A stretch of 64,000 bases of DNA. Origin: Elsinoe ampelina (Eukaryota). Below the pieces are notes generated by a model that worked only from the letters and a program-made list of their open reading frames with translations, was not told where the DNA came from and made no database searches. Below are positions 52,448 through 64,000 of this stretch, in pieces; position 1 is the first letter of the stretch, and each line of letters begins with the position of its first letter. A program made the translations under genes and the position numbers. The stretch lies in assembly GCA_010093995.1 (NCBI GenBank), contig ML992507.1, positions 989,868 to 1,053,867 of the forward strand, given 5' to 3'.

Positions 52448-55400
52448 TGTTATAGGGATCTTTAGGGATAAGGTGTAAGCTTCTAATTAGGTATAAGAAT
52501 CTAGGGTCTAGCTAGCTTTAGATAGCTTATATATATAGGCTCTAATCTTACTACGCACTAGCGGAGAAAGATAGTTTCCTTAAGTATTATTTGCACTACT
52601 AATCGAGAGCTATCCTTATACTACTATAAGTTAATTATTATATATACTTACTAGTATTAATATAATCTACCCCTAATATAATAATACTTCCTTACTCTAC
52701 TTAGGAAGTAGTCTAAGGATAGCTATTACAAAGATATAGTTAGGCTCTATTAGTAATAAGGAGGGTATAGGAACTTCTATAACTACTCCGGGAGAACTGC
52801 TAGTAGTAACTACCTCGCTCGAGAAGCATATCTATAATATAGAATAGTAAAGGGATTATCTCCTATAGAAATAGACTCTCCGATAGATCGAGGAATAAAT
52901 TGCTTTCCTTAAGAGAGAAGTAAATCTAGATAGTATTAAGATCTAAAGCGATGTAGGAATAAGATTAGCAGCTAGAAGTTATAAGTGCTATACCTCTTAA
53001 GATATAGAACCTTTATACACGAAGTATAGTATAAGGCTAAAGGATCCTAGGAAATATAAAGGAAAATACCTAAGGGAATATAAGAAATTTACTTAGAGCT
53101 ATAAAATAGCCTTCTAGCTTACTCTAGAGAACTTCTAGTTAGAACAAGAGAAGGTTACTTAGGTAAGCTAGTATCTTATAGGAGACCTATATAAAGTATA
53201 ATACTCTTATATAGAGTATAAGCCACTTATAAAATCGTATACCTAGGGCTAATTTAAGACCTTTCTACTAGATATACTTTCTAACTCTATTAATTACACC
53301 CTAGAAGCAACTACTATATATACTACTACGCTATAACTTTCTAGATAGAGCATTAGGACCTTCGCTACCTATTTAGAAACAATTAAGGACTAGCTACTCC
53401 CCTACTTAGAGGAGCACTATATATAGCACCTGTTTCTAAAACTCCGCCTCGAACTTTAGCGAGCAATTATAAACTACTATACTATGCCTCTAATAAGAGA
53501 AGGTCTTATTATCTTAGGATCTACGCTAGAGCGTAACCTATAAGGCATAGGCAAGCTATAGAACTATTATAATTACTTAGCGGGACATAGCTAAAAGCTA
53601 TAACGTAAGGATTAATATAAAGAGGAGTTAGCCCCTAAGAAAGACTTCTCCTACAAGTTAGAAGTTAAATACTACTTCTATAAGAAGATAGGCTACTATA
53701 TAAACAAGTATAGAAAGAAAGCTTAACTCTTAGACGCTAATAAGAAGCCTATTACTCGCGTAAGACAGGCCTAGGGAAAAGGCTAAGCCTTATAGTTACC
53801 TCTAGAACTATAAGGTGTAGAGCTATTAATATTTTACTAGAGATATATTACACCTATATTATAATAGGAGCAACTAGGGTCAACTACAAGGTAGGAGTTA
53901 TTCTAGATCCTTAAGTAGAGGTTAGCCTTATTAGCTAGTATATAGCAATTAAGATAAACCTTAACTTAGTACTAAGTAACCTACCTTAACTAGCCTAGGT
54001 AGAGTTAGAAAGGAAAGCTATATATACTATATACGAGATATAAGTAGTACTTACTAATAACTAAGGCGTAATACGCCGGGTTAAAACTATTGCTTATAGA
54101 GTAGATAAAGAAGAGCTAGAGCTACTCTTAGGTAACTCCTTCTTATAAAGAGAAGCTATATAGCTAGACTATAGATAGCAGACTTAGGCTTAGAGTATTA
54201 AAGACGAGTTACGTATCTAGATAGTAACAATCTAGTAGCTAGAATAAGAGGAGAGCTATATACACTTCTTAGGCGTAGTTTATAGTAACCCCTAAGGTAA
54301 GAAAGTTGTTACCCGCGTCTAAATCGCTAGTGTCTCCTAGGAAAATTAAGTACTAGACGTATTATTAGACTACTAGGACGTCTTTAACACTAATACTACT
54401 AAAATCCTGCCTACTACTAAAGAAGGAAATTACTAAATTCCTATTCTACTAGGTAAGGAGCTACCTTATAGCCTACTCTATAACCTCTCTTTACGTAAGC
54501 TTAAGGTGCTATAATTATACCTCGAAGATGTACTTAAGAAGGGCTAGATTCGTTATAGTATAAGCCTAGTAGGGGCACCTATTCTATTTATACTAAAGAA
54601 GGATAGTACCTTTCGTTTATGTATTAACTATAGAGGCCTTAACTTCGTTACTATAAAGGATTACTGCTTACTTTTCTTAATTAGTAAGATGCTAGACTAC
54701 CTATTAGGCGTATATTACTATATAACTCTAGATCTAAAGGATACTTATAACAGAATCTATATTAGCCTAGGAGATAAGTAGAAGACTACCTTTAGAATAC
54801 GTTATAGCTATTTTAAATACCTAGTTATACCTTTTAGGCTTACTAATACGCCTACTATCTTCTAGGCCTACATTAACTAGACTCTTAGAGGATTAGTAGA
54901 CTATCTATATATAGTATACCTAGATAATATTCTTATCTATACTTATAGTAAAGATCTAGATACCTACTAGCGAGTAGTAAGTGCTATTCTTAAACGGTTA
55001 AGATAGGCTAAACTATTTATAAACCTGTCTAAGTATATCTTTACTATAAAGTAGATGTCCTTCTTAGGGTTTATTATAGACACGCGAGGTGTCTATACTA
55101 ATCCTACGCGAGTAGTAACTATCTCTAGATAGCCTTAACTAACTAGCGTTAAGGAGCTTTAGTTATTCCTTAGCTTTACTAACTTCTATTATAGATTTAT
55201 TTAGAATTATACAAAACTAATAGCCCCTATAATAGATCTCTTAAAGAAGAAGTAATCTACCTTTATATAGCTAGAAGCTATAGAAGCTAGCTTTGTTTAG
55301 CTTAAAGCGTGCTTTATAGAAGCGCCTTTACTATGACATTTCGACCCCTAGCTACTAATACGCCTAGAGATAGATATATTAACCTTTATAGTAGTAGATA

Positions 55401-58400
55401 TCCTCTCCTAGCTATATAAAGACAAGAAATAGCACCTAGTTACCTTTATCCCTAAGAAGCTTTAGAGAGTAGAGCGTATCTAGGAGGTATATAACTAAGA
55501 ACTATACGTAATTATCTATTACTTTAAGTAGTAGCGTTACTACCTTAAGGGCACTTAGTATACTATACAGGTTCTAAGTAACTATAACAACCTATAAGGC
55601 ATGTGTAATATAAGTAAGCTTAACTCGTACTAGGCGCAATAGATGTCCTACCTAGGAGCCTTTAACTTCGAAGTCTAGTACTACCCTAGTAAGTTAAATC
55701 TAGCTAATAGGCCCTTAAGAAGAGTAGACTACTTTAAGGAGAACTACGCACTTATAAGATTACTCTCTACCTTATAATATAAGCTAAACTTAGTAAGTAA
55801 ACTAGAATTAGATCTAGTTACTATAAGGGTGTAACTTATTAGTAGGATTAGCTCTACCCCTAAGTATAGCTTAGAGGTTATAGGTTAATAGCCTACGACC
55901 TATAAACGTAGATCTAGCCTAACTGCTAGTACTATAGAATATATACTATACGTACTACGCTATCTAGCGAGAGTACTTGTTACTAGCGAACTTACATTAG
56001 TAAGAGATACTTTAATATTATAGACTATCTATGCACTTTAGTAGAGGGACGCTTTTGCTTTAAAGCGTATAGTCGATCTAGAGTAAGAAGAGCGCACCTA
56101 AAGCAGTAAGAAGTCGCTAGTATAGTATAAGCGTAAAGATAGAACTCTTATATATAAGAGTAGGCTCTATGTTCCTAATAAACTAAGTCTAAGATAAGAA
56201 ATCTTATATTAATACTATAACTCTTATATAGCTAGCTACTATAGCGCTATAAGAATGTATAATCTAATTAGTAGGCACTACTACTAGCTATTATTAGATC
56301 AGGAAGTACGTAAGTATATTAAGACATATAGTACGTACTAAAGGTTAAAAGCACTAAGGCATATACTATATAGTAAGCTATTATCTCTACCTATTCCTTC
56401 TAATATCTTTAAAGAAGTTATACTAGACTTTATTATAAAGCTCTCCTCTATAATATATAATAGTAGCGTATATAACGTAATCTTAGTAATCTATAATAGA
56501 TTATTAAAGCTAGTAATCTATATTATAGCTAAGGAGATATAGACTATAAAGGACTTTATAGATATCTACTTTAAGTATGTAATTTATAAATATAGTATAT
56601 AGAAAGGAATTATATTAGATAAAGGATCTCTATTTATAAGCTAGTTCTAGACTAAAATTTGCTATTAACTGTAGGTAAAGCGTAGGTTAAGTATAGCTTT
56701 CTATCTATAAACCGATAGGCAAATAGAATACTAGAATTAGACACTTAAATACTACCTTTAAGTATTTATAGGAGAGTATCCTAAAGATTAGCTAAATTTG
56801 CTTTATATAGCCGAATTTACGTATAATAACTTAATATATATAGCAACAAAGGAAACTCCGTTCTTTGTTGTCCTAGAAAAGTACCTAATCCTCTATAACT
56901 CGCCTAAGAATAGGCAGCTAGAGAGGAAGGTACTAGTAGCTATACGATAAGTATAAAACATATATATACTATAAGCAAATCTTTAAGAGCGCTTAAAGGC
57001 CGTAGCTAAGTATTAAACCCGGTACTATAACAAGAAGTATACCCTAATAAAGTTTAAGCTAAAGGACTTAGTATAGCTAAATATAAAGAACCTTAAGCTT
57101 AAAGCTCTAAGTAGAAAGCTAATAGACAAATTCGTAGGCCCGTTTTGTATTAAAGAAGTAATTAACTCTTAGGTATATTACCTATAGCTACTAAGCTCTT
57201 ATTACATATACGATGTGTTTTATATGTCTCTTCTAGAGCTTTTTTACTCTAGGGAAGGGGAAGAATTACTAAACATAAGAGCTCTAGAGTTAGTAGAAGA
57301 TAAAGAATAAGTTTAGTATATAGAGAGGATCCTTACGAAGTATACTATATACGTAGAAAAGAAGAAATATCTACTTAAGTAGGAAGGGTATAATAAGACT
57401 AAGAGCTTATAGATAAAGGAAAAGGACTTTAAGGAGATAAATAACTTATTAAGGGAGTTTAGAGAAAGTAGTAAGTATAGCTAGGGTTAAGAGAAGAACA
57501 AGCAACTTAGTAGTAGATAGTAGATAACTTATAGTAATACTGTCGTATACTTATAATAAGATACTTAGCACGGAAGACTTTAGCTTTATAACTTTAATAG
57601 GAACATTAGCTTAAGGATTATGACTATCTATTTCTATCTATAGCTCTTTAGCCTAGTATCTTCGCAAGAATAACGCTAGAAACACCTACGCTATATATAC
57701 TTTATATAGCTAACCTATAAGCGATAAGCGCGACAACTACTTATTATTCTTATCCTTATTAATAATAATATCTAAGTTATTCTCTTTATCCTAGCTATGC
57801 TATTAGCAAGCGATTAACATAATATATAACAGCGATTATACTATGTCTATCTAGTTATTAGTATCCTTATTACTTAAACTACTAAACTCCTTACTATTAT
57901 TACTCCTCTTACTTCTATCTTCCTTATTATCTCTATTCTCCCTATCCTCCCTAACTCTATTAGGGCTAGGGCTATCCCTATCCCTATTACTATTATTACT
58001 ACCTCTACTACCCTAGCTACAATGTTAGTATACAATATAGGTAATAGGTAGGTATAAACTTACGCTACTACTCTCGCTACTATTACCTCTATTACTATTA
58101 CCTCTATTACCTCTACCTCTACTACTACTACTACCCCTAGGACTACTACTAGGCCTAAAGTATAGGTAAGGCCTACTACTAGGAGCACTACTACTAAACC
58201 TAAGAGGACTAGGCTATTCTAGCTATTAGTATACAAACTAGAAGCAAGTAGAGTATAAACTTACGTAGCTAAACTACTAAATAGCTATCTATTCTAGGAC
58301 ATTAGTAATTCTCCTCTACTCTAACAGCTATAGCCTCTTTATGTTAGGGCTAGACTTAGGTATCTTAGTTAGCATTTCTAAGGGATTTCCTCTAAGAGCT

Positions 58401-59467
58401 ATAATATACCTATAATGCTTAAGCTACTAGGTAAGAGTACGCTAGGCGCGCGTAAGAGCTAAGCCTATATACTAGATAGTAGAGTCTTAGCTTCTCTTGT
58501 TCCTAGGAAAGGTGCTAGTATTAACAGCCTAGATATAGGTGTTATAGAACTAGTACATACGCTTAATACAACTATTAAACGTAATAGGAACCTAAGTATA
58601 TTAGCAATGTTATAGAAGAGTATTACTTAGTAAAGTCCTTACTAGGGTATAGGAAGATCTATTACCTCTAGTATAGTAGTTACACCTCTTAAGGTCTAGC
58701 CTGCTATAAACTATACTATACTTTATAATCTTGTATGTATAGTATATATAAGTTAGCGTATAGAGCGTAGTTATATTATAGGTAACTTAGTAGCGAAAAG
58801 TATAGTTATAGGCATAACTAAGGGTAGTAGAGCTAATATATATTAGTCTACTAAAGGCGACTATAATAGGTAAAGAAGGTATAGTATATATAATAAGTAT
58901 TGTTAAGGAAGTTAAGAAGTATAGGCGCGTTATAGAAATATATTCTAGCTATGTTTATTGTTATTATTCTACGTAATAAAGGCAGTTCTAGCACTAAGGG
59001 CCTAGGAGGCAAAAATCCTAAATAAAGCCTAAATAAAGCATATATTACCTACCTTTCTAGAAGTAATAAAGCTACAATAACCTTACTAATTGTATATAGA
59101 CTACGCAAGAATTATATAAGGGACATAAGTAGATAAAGTAGCGATACTAGACACTCTTTTCCTATAATAGTTATAAAGGCTAATAGGTTTTTATCGAGGC
59201 TAGCTACTAAGGACATTAGCTTAGAGAAGGAGGTAATGTTATAGGGATCTTTAGAGATAAGGTATAAGCTTCTAATTAGGTATAAGGATCTAGGGTCTAG
59301 CTAGCTTTAGATAGCCTATATATATAGGCTCTAATCTTACTATATACTAGCGGAGAAAGATAGTTTCCTTAAGTATTATTTGCACTACTAATCGAGAGCT
59401 ATCCTTATACTACTACAAGTTAATTATTATATATACTTACTAGTATTAATATAATCTACCTCTAATA
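52448..59467 (+). mobile_element. Ty3/Gypsy chromovirus family B, full length (RIP-inactivated)
   Basis: 231-bp LTRs at 52448-52678 and 59237-59467 (TGTT start); TSD CTATT; PPT AGAGAAGGAGG. Gag with zinc knuckle ~53670, RT (FRLC..YRGLN; YLDNILIY at 54917), RNase H, integrase, chromodomain-like YLLK.EGY ~57370. Confidence 0.92.
57500..58900 (-). pseudogene. RIP-decayed antisense, intron-containing accessory gene (Cys6 Zn-cluster-like) inside element B; ends approximate
   Basis: Three minus-strand introns (58592-58642, 58219-58264, 58017-58063; GTAAG..CTAAY..TAG). Reversing TA to TG restores C-x2-C-x10-C-x7-C-x2-C-x7-C at ~58645-58755. Purine-rich, acidic-looking tail. Confidence 0.6.
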
Positions 59468-62400
59468 CTATTCCTCGAAAGCTTAGACAATAGCTAGTAA
59501 TTCCTTGTTATAGATAGTATAGTTACACTCGGCTTTATTTATAGATTTACTAAAAAAGGCAATAGGCTAGAGGATATTAGACTTATTATATTACAATAGA
59601 ATTCCGGCAGTAGTAGTGTCGGAGGTGTCTATCTTAAGAACTATCTATTTTAAGCAATCGAAGTGTATAAGGATAGGCACGCTTATAATAGTGTACTTTA
59701 TATAATTAAACGTAGTAGTACACTTGTCGTTCTATAGTATAGCGTCCTTCTTAAGTAAATTGTTTAGTAGCTTAGTAATAGTACTAAATCCCTTAATAAA
59801 GTAGTAATAGTAGCTATAGAAACTAATAAAGCTTCTTACCTAAGTAGTGTTACTAGGGGCTAGCTATTTCTATGCCTATATAGCTTCTACCTTCTTAGAG
59901 TCTATCTTAACTCTATCTCGGCTAATAATAATACTAAGGTACTTTACCTCTGTTAAGTAGAACTTACTCTTCTTAATGTTAGTATTTAGGTCTAATTTAT
60001 AGAGCCTCTAGAGCATAAGCTTAATATGCTTAGTATACTCTCGGTAAGTACTATTAGTGTAGATAAGAATGTTGTCTAGATAGATCGACATAAAGTACTC
60101 TAGCATGTCGACGAAGTTGTAATTTATAAACCTCTACTAGACTATAGAGGCGTTAGTAAGGCCGAAAGGCATTACTAACTACTTAAAGTTGCCTATATAT
60201 ATAGAGAATATAGTTAGATCCTTACTATTAATAAAGTTATAGAGGCAGTAGAAGGCTTAATAGATATTAATCTTACTAAACTATTTAGCCTTACTTACGT
60301 ACGTAAGTGTTTCTTTAATAAGGAGTAGTAGATAGATGTCTTACTTAGTTACCTCGTTAAGGCTATAGTAATTAATATAGAGGTAGAGACCTCTACCTAG
60401 CTTATAAACAAAGAGAATAGGTAATAAGTAGCTAGCGGAGCTTAGTATAATAAAGCCTTTATTAAGGTATTTACGGATAAATTACTCTACTATATCGAGC
60501 TCCTTAGGGGATAGGTACTATAGGGGTTCTATACGTAGTAGTTTAGTACTATCCTTAAGTATAATTTAGTTATTAAATCCCGGCCGATGTAGAGGGAGAG
60601 TATTAGATTATTCTTTAGAGAAGACGTTAGTAAATTTATATAGCTCTTCTAGAAGAACTACTATAGGATCTAGTTCTAGCTTAGAGGCTATCTAGTAGTA
60701 GTTCTTAATATTCTTTACTAAGATTATAAACACCTTATTCTTTTAGTATTTAGCTACTAATATAAAGGCAGCTATGCCGATAAAGGCGATAGTTAGCTCT
60801 TTCTATTTAGCGTTACTTACATAGGTAGATAAGTAGGAGAACTTATGTATTAACTAAGTGCTATAGGAGATTAGCTTAAACTCTCTCTAATTTAGCTTAA
60901 AGTTCGACCTAAGAGCTAGCAGCCGATATAGTCTAGTTCGTCCTATCTTAGTAGCTAAGCTAGAACCTAGTTTATAAGTTAAACTAGAACCGAACTAGTT
61001 CTAAACTAGAGCGGTAGCTTTACTAAGCTAGATTCCTAGATCCGAGCCGGTTCTTAGATCTAGATTCTAGCCTTTTAATTAGCTACGGTAGCTTCTACTT
61101 AACAACTGTTAGCGAAAACTCTTCTTTATATATAACTCGGCTATGCTTATAGTTAATAGTAGCTCTATTAGCCTTAAGCTAGCTAAGGCCGAGAATAATG
61201 TTAAATTAGCTAATATCTATAATACGAAAGGTAGTAAGGTTATTTAGCTTACTAGAAACAGTAGTAGTAAGAGGAATACTATATATAACTTGCTCTATTA
61301 GAACACTATTATAGGCTTAAAGCTAAATAGAACTAGCTAGTGCTATAGGGCAGCTAAAGCTCTTTAGCTTATTAAGAATGTTATAATTAACTACGGCGCT
61401 AATAAGCGTACTAGTGTCGATAAAGGCTTAAAGTGTAATAGTATAAGAGTAGTTATAAGGGTCGTAAATAGTAATAGAAGTTATAATAGCGGGGATATAG
61501 TAGCTAATAACGCTATTTAGTAACTATATACCTCCGGATCTATCTCGAATTACTCTTATTTCGCTAGAGAATAGGACTTATTCTTTAGCTACTTATTTCT
61601 CTAGCTAGAGTAGCTAGTAGACTTATAGTCTATTTCGGGGTTAAACTAAGACTAAACTAGATCTAGTTCGTAGGCCGAACTAGTGTCGACCTAGTTGCTT
61701 AATTCGGCTAAGTAATCCTAAAGCTGCTATATCTCCTCTATAGCGCTAATACGTACGGGGCGTATAGTAGTATAAGTAGCCTTCTCTAAGGCGCTAGCTA
61801 TACACTTAGTAGAGATATGTCTAGGCTTACTACATATATAACAGGTAAGTACTAGAGCTAGATAGAAAGGCTACAGAGCACCTCTAGTAATAGAGTAGAA
61901 GGTAGACTAAGCTATAGGCGTAGAGGTAGAATAAGGTACGTAAGTAGGTATAGTAGTAGTGTAGCTTATAGCTAGTATAGAACATAAAGCCTAAGTACAC
62001 TTAGTAATAAGGTTGTTCTATTAGATATTATAGTTAGTAGCGTAGGCCTTAGTAATAAAGGTAGTAAGGTTATTAGTGTTATAGTTAACTAGAGCATCGC
62101 GTAGCTTATTAGATATCTTCTAATAGATCTAGTATAGCTACTCCTCTTTAGTAATCTTAGCGTAAAGGGCATACTTATTAAACTTACTAATAAAGAAGTT
62201 AAACGTGCTATTACACTAGAAGAGGTTAGTAAACTAAGTATATATAGTAGCCCTATAGTTAGAATCCTTAAAGCGCTAGGCTAGAAGAGTAAGGACCTCT
62301 TCGACGCTAATAACGTTATTACTAGCTAAGTCTATAATAAGAGTATAGGCTTCTCTAGAGAGGCGTAAGTATAGATAGGTAAACTAGGTATCTCTTATAG

Positions 62401-64000
62401 AGAAACAATCTATATTAGCGCGTATCTTATTCCTTATCTAGTGCTTAAAGACCTTAAACTACTCTAGTATACCTATACTAAAGATAGTAGAGTCTAGTAT
62501 CTTTTCTAACAAGGTAGAGCCACATATAGAAAGGGCTAGTATACCACACCCTATCTCGTTTCTTAGTTAGTTTACCTTAGCCTTAAGCTTTTAGATTTTG
62601 TCTAGGTAGTAAGTAGCTTAGGTAGTAACGCTATTAGTATAGGACTAAGATATGTCTAGTTTAGATTAGAAGTTACTAAGCTAGGCCTAAGTAGTATCTA
62701 ACTTATAGTAATAGTAGAGAGCGTTAGTATAAGTGCCTTTTACCTACGTAGTTTACTTATTATAGAAGGACTTAATATAGTTAAATACGTCTCTTAGTGC
62801 CTATATACTATACTCTTTCTATAGCTTCTTAAGGAGTATAGCGTTAAAGAGGGTAAAAAGATTATAGTAGAGAGAGTAGATAGAGGTATTATTATTATTA
62901 GAGATAGGTTAAGGTAGCTTACTTTAGTAGCGCTCTTTGTTACTATAGTTAGATTAAGCTATACTTAGCGTAGTTAGTTATAAATAAAACAGTGTAAAAC
63001 ATTAATACGTAACAAAGAGAATATTAAAATTTTTAGCTAGTAGCCTACTTCCTTTAAGAGTTATCTATAACTTAACTTATTACCTTTTTCTTATATCTTT
63101 AAAGTTTATAGTATTAACCTATATAGCAGTAGCGAGAATCTATTATAGTATACGCGGGAACTATAGTTATAATAGCTTCTTCTTTAATTCTTTAATTCTT
63201 TATAAGTGGTAGTTGTTAGTAGTTATATAAGTAGTAGAATAACTAGATAGTTTAATAGCTCTATTACTCGGTCGTAGTCGTTTTAAAGTCTCGATATAGT
63301 AATTACAACTAGCAAGATAAGAGGTTAATTATGTCTATTCGTTAAGATATTAAGACTTAGAAGAAGAAGAAGAAAAGCTAGTATATAAAGCACACGTAAT
63401 ATCGAGGGCGAAGCAGCTAGAAGCCTAGGCCGCGATGCTAAGATTATATAACTAATTCCTAAACTAGATCCTAACTAAATCTAGTCCGTATCTATCTCGC
63501 ATTAGATAGTAGCTATAGTAGTAAGGCTATAGCCTACTCTAAGAAGATTAATACTAATATAGACAAGTATAGGAAATATAATAGATACTTAGTTTAGGCT
63601 AAGCTAATCCCTTATCTACTAGTATAGAATAGTGTACCTACTAGAAGGATAATTCTAGAGCTATAAAGGACTACCTAGAGAAGTAAGGTCTAATAGATAT
63701 TAGTATAGTGTCTAAGTAGCCTAGAAGATAGTACTAAGGATATAGTAGTCTAAATAATAGCTTAAAGGTAGTTATAGTAGAGAAGTAAATATAGAGTAGT
63801 TTTTAGGTAGATATAGCACTATATTAGGTAGGGGTTAGGTACAAAAGCTTAGTAGAGAGAGGTTACCCTAGGTTAGGTACTATACTAAGGTAGGTAGGGT
63901 TAGTATATAGTTATAGTGTTACCCTTAGGGGGGGGGGTACCTAACCTAGTACCTGCCTAATAGTACCTAATAGGTTAGTAGTTAAAGCGCTTACTCTATA

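Larger units (their letters stand above)
50012..63504 (-). mobile_element. Ty3/Gypsy LTR retrotransposon family A (RIP-inactivated, with nested insertions)
   Basis: LTRs 50012-50222 and 63300-63504; 5-bp TSD GATAG; PPT next to 50223. On the minus strand: zinc knuckle ~61800-61850, IDT protease motif ~61420, YLDNILIY ~60060-60085, RNase H split by the insertion at 52447/59468, integrase ~50900-51400. Confidence 0.9.
47600..64000. repeat. AT-rich, RIP-mutated transposon block
   Basis: Abrupt switch to AT-rich sequence with a great excess of TpA and loss of CpA/TpG. No ORFs in the six-frame track; recognisable but stop-riddled pol motifs. Confidence 0.95.

Noticed and set aside
63825..63960. 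GGGTTAG/TTAGGG words suggesting a telomere
   Set aside because: Scattered, not tandem; more likely subterminal repeats of a degenerate element.
48703..63981. GTTAGTAG direct repeat as the TSD of a large outer DNA transposon
   Set aside because: The adjacent ends are not inverted repeats, and such words are common in RIPed sequence.

Overview
Filamentous ascomycete DNA (Pezizomycotina; Dothideomycete-like is an inference from gene style) in two sharply different compartments. Positions 1 to ~47.6 kb are GC-balanced and gene-dense with short GT-AG introns. This part holds about 22 protein-coding genes (PFD1, TEX1/THOC3, RRP42, three tandem BTB genes, a LYR protein, a UBTD-like protein, a PH-domain protein, a VSB1-like SulP transporter, an aldo-keto reductase, a GPI protein, SIR2, VPS37, an HMG-box factor, PSF1, a coiled-coil protein, COT1/CBK1, RPC10, NAR1) and a tRNA-Val(AAC). 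The ORF-free gap at 30.2-31.4 kb is a spliced non-coding host transcript carrying five intronic box C/D snoRNAs (U45-like, snR41, snR70, snR51, U55-like). Two of its junctions are AG|GT with a zero- or 3-nt exon. Positions ~47.6-64 kb are an AT-rich, RIP-mutated transposon nest: a foldback MITE with an 8-bp TSD, and a 13.5-kb minus-strand Gypsy (TSD GATAG) containing a solo LTR of its own family and a second, complete 7-kb chromovirus (TSD CTATT). The 7-kb element carries a relic antisense, intron-containing Cys6 gene. All exon boundaries and rRNA target assignments were made by eye and from remembered rRNA sequence, not by database search.
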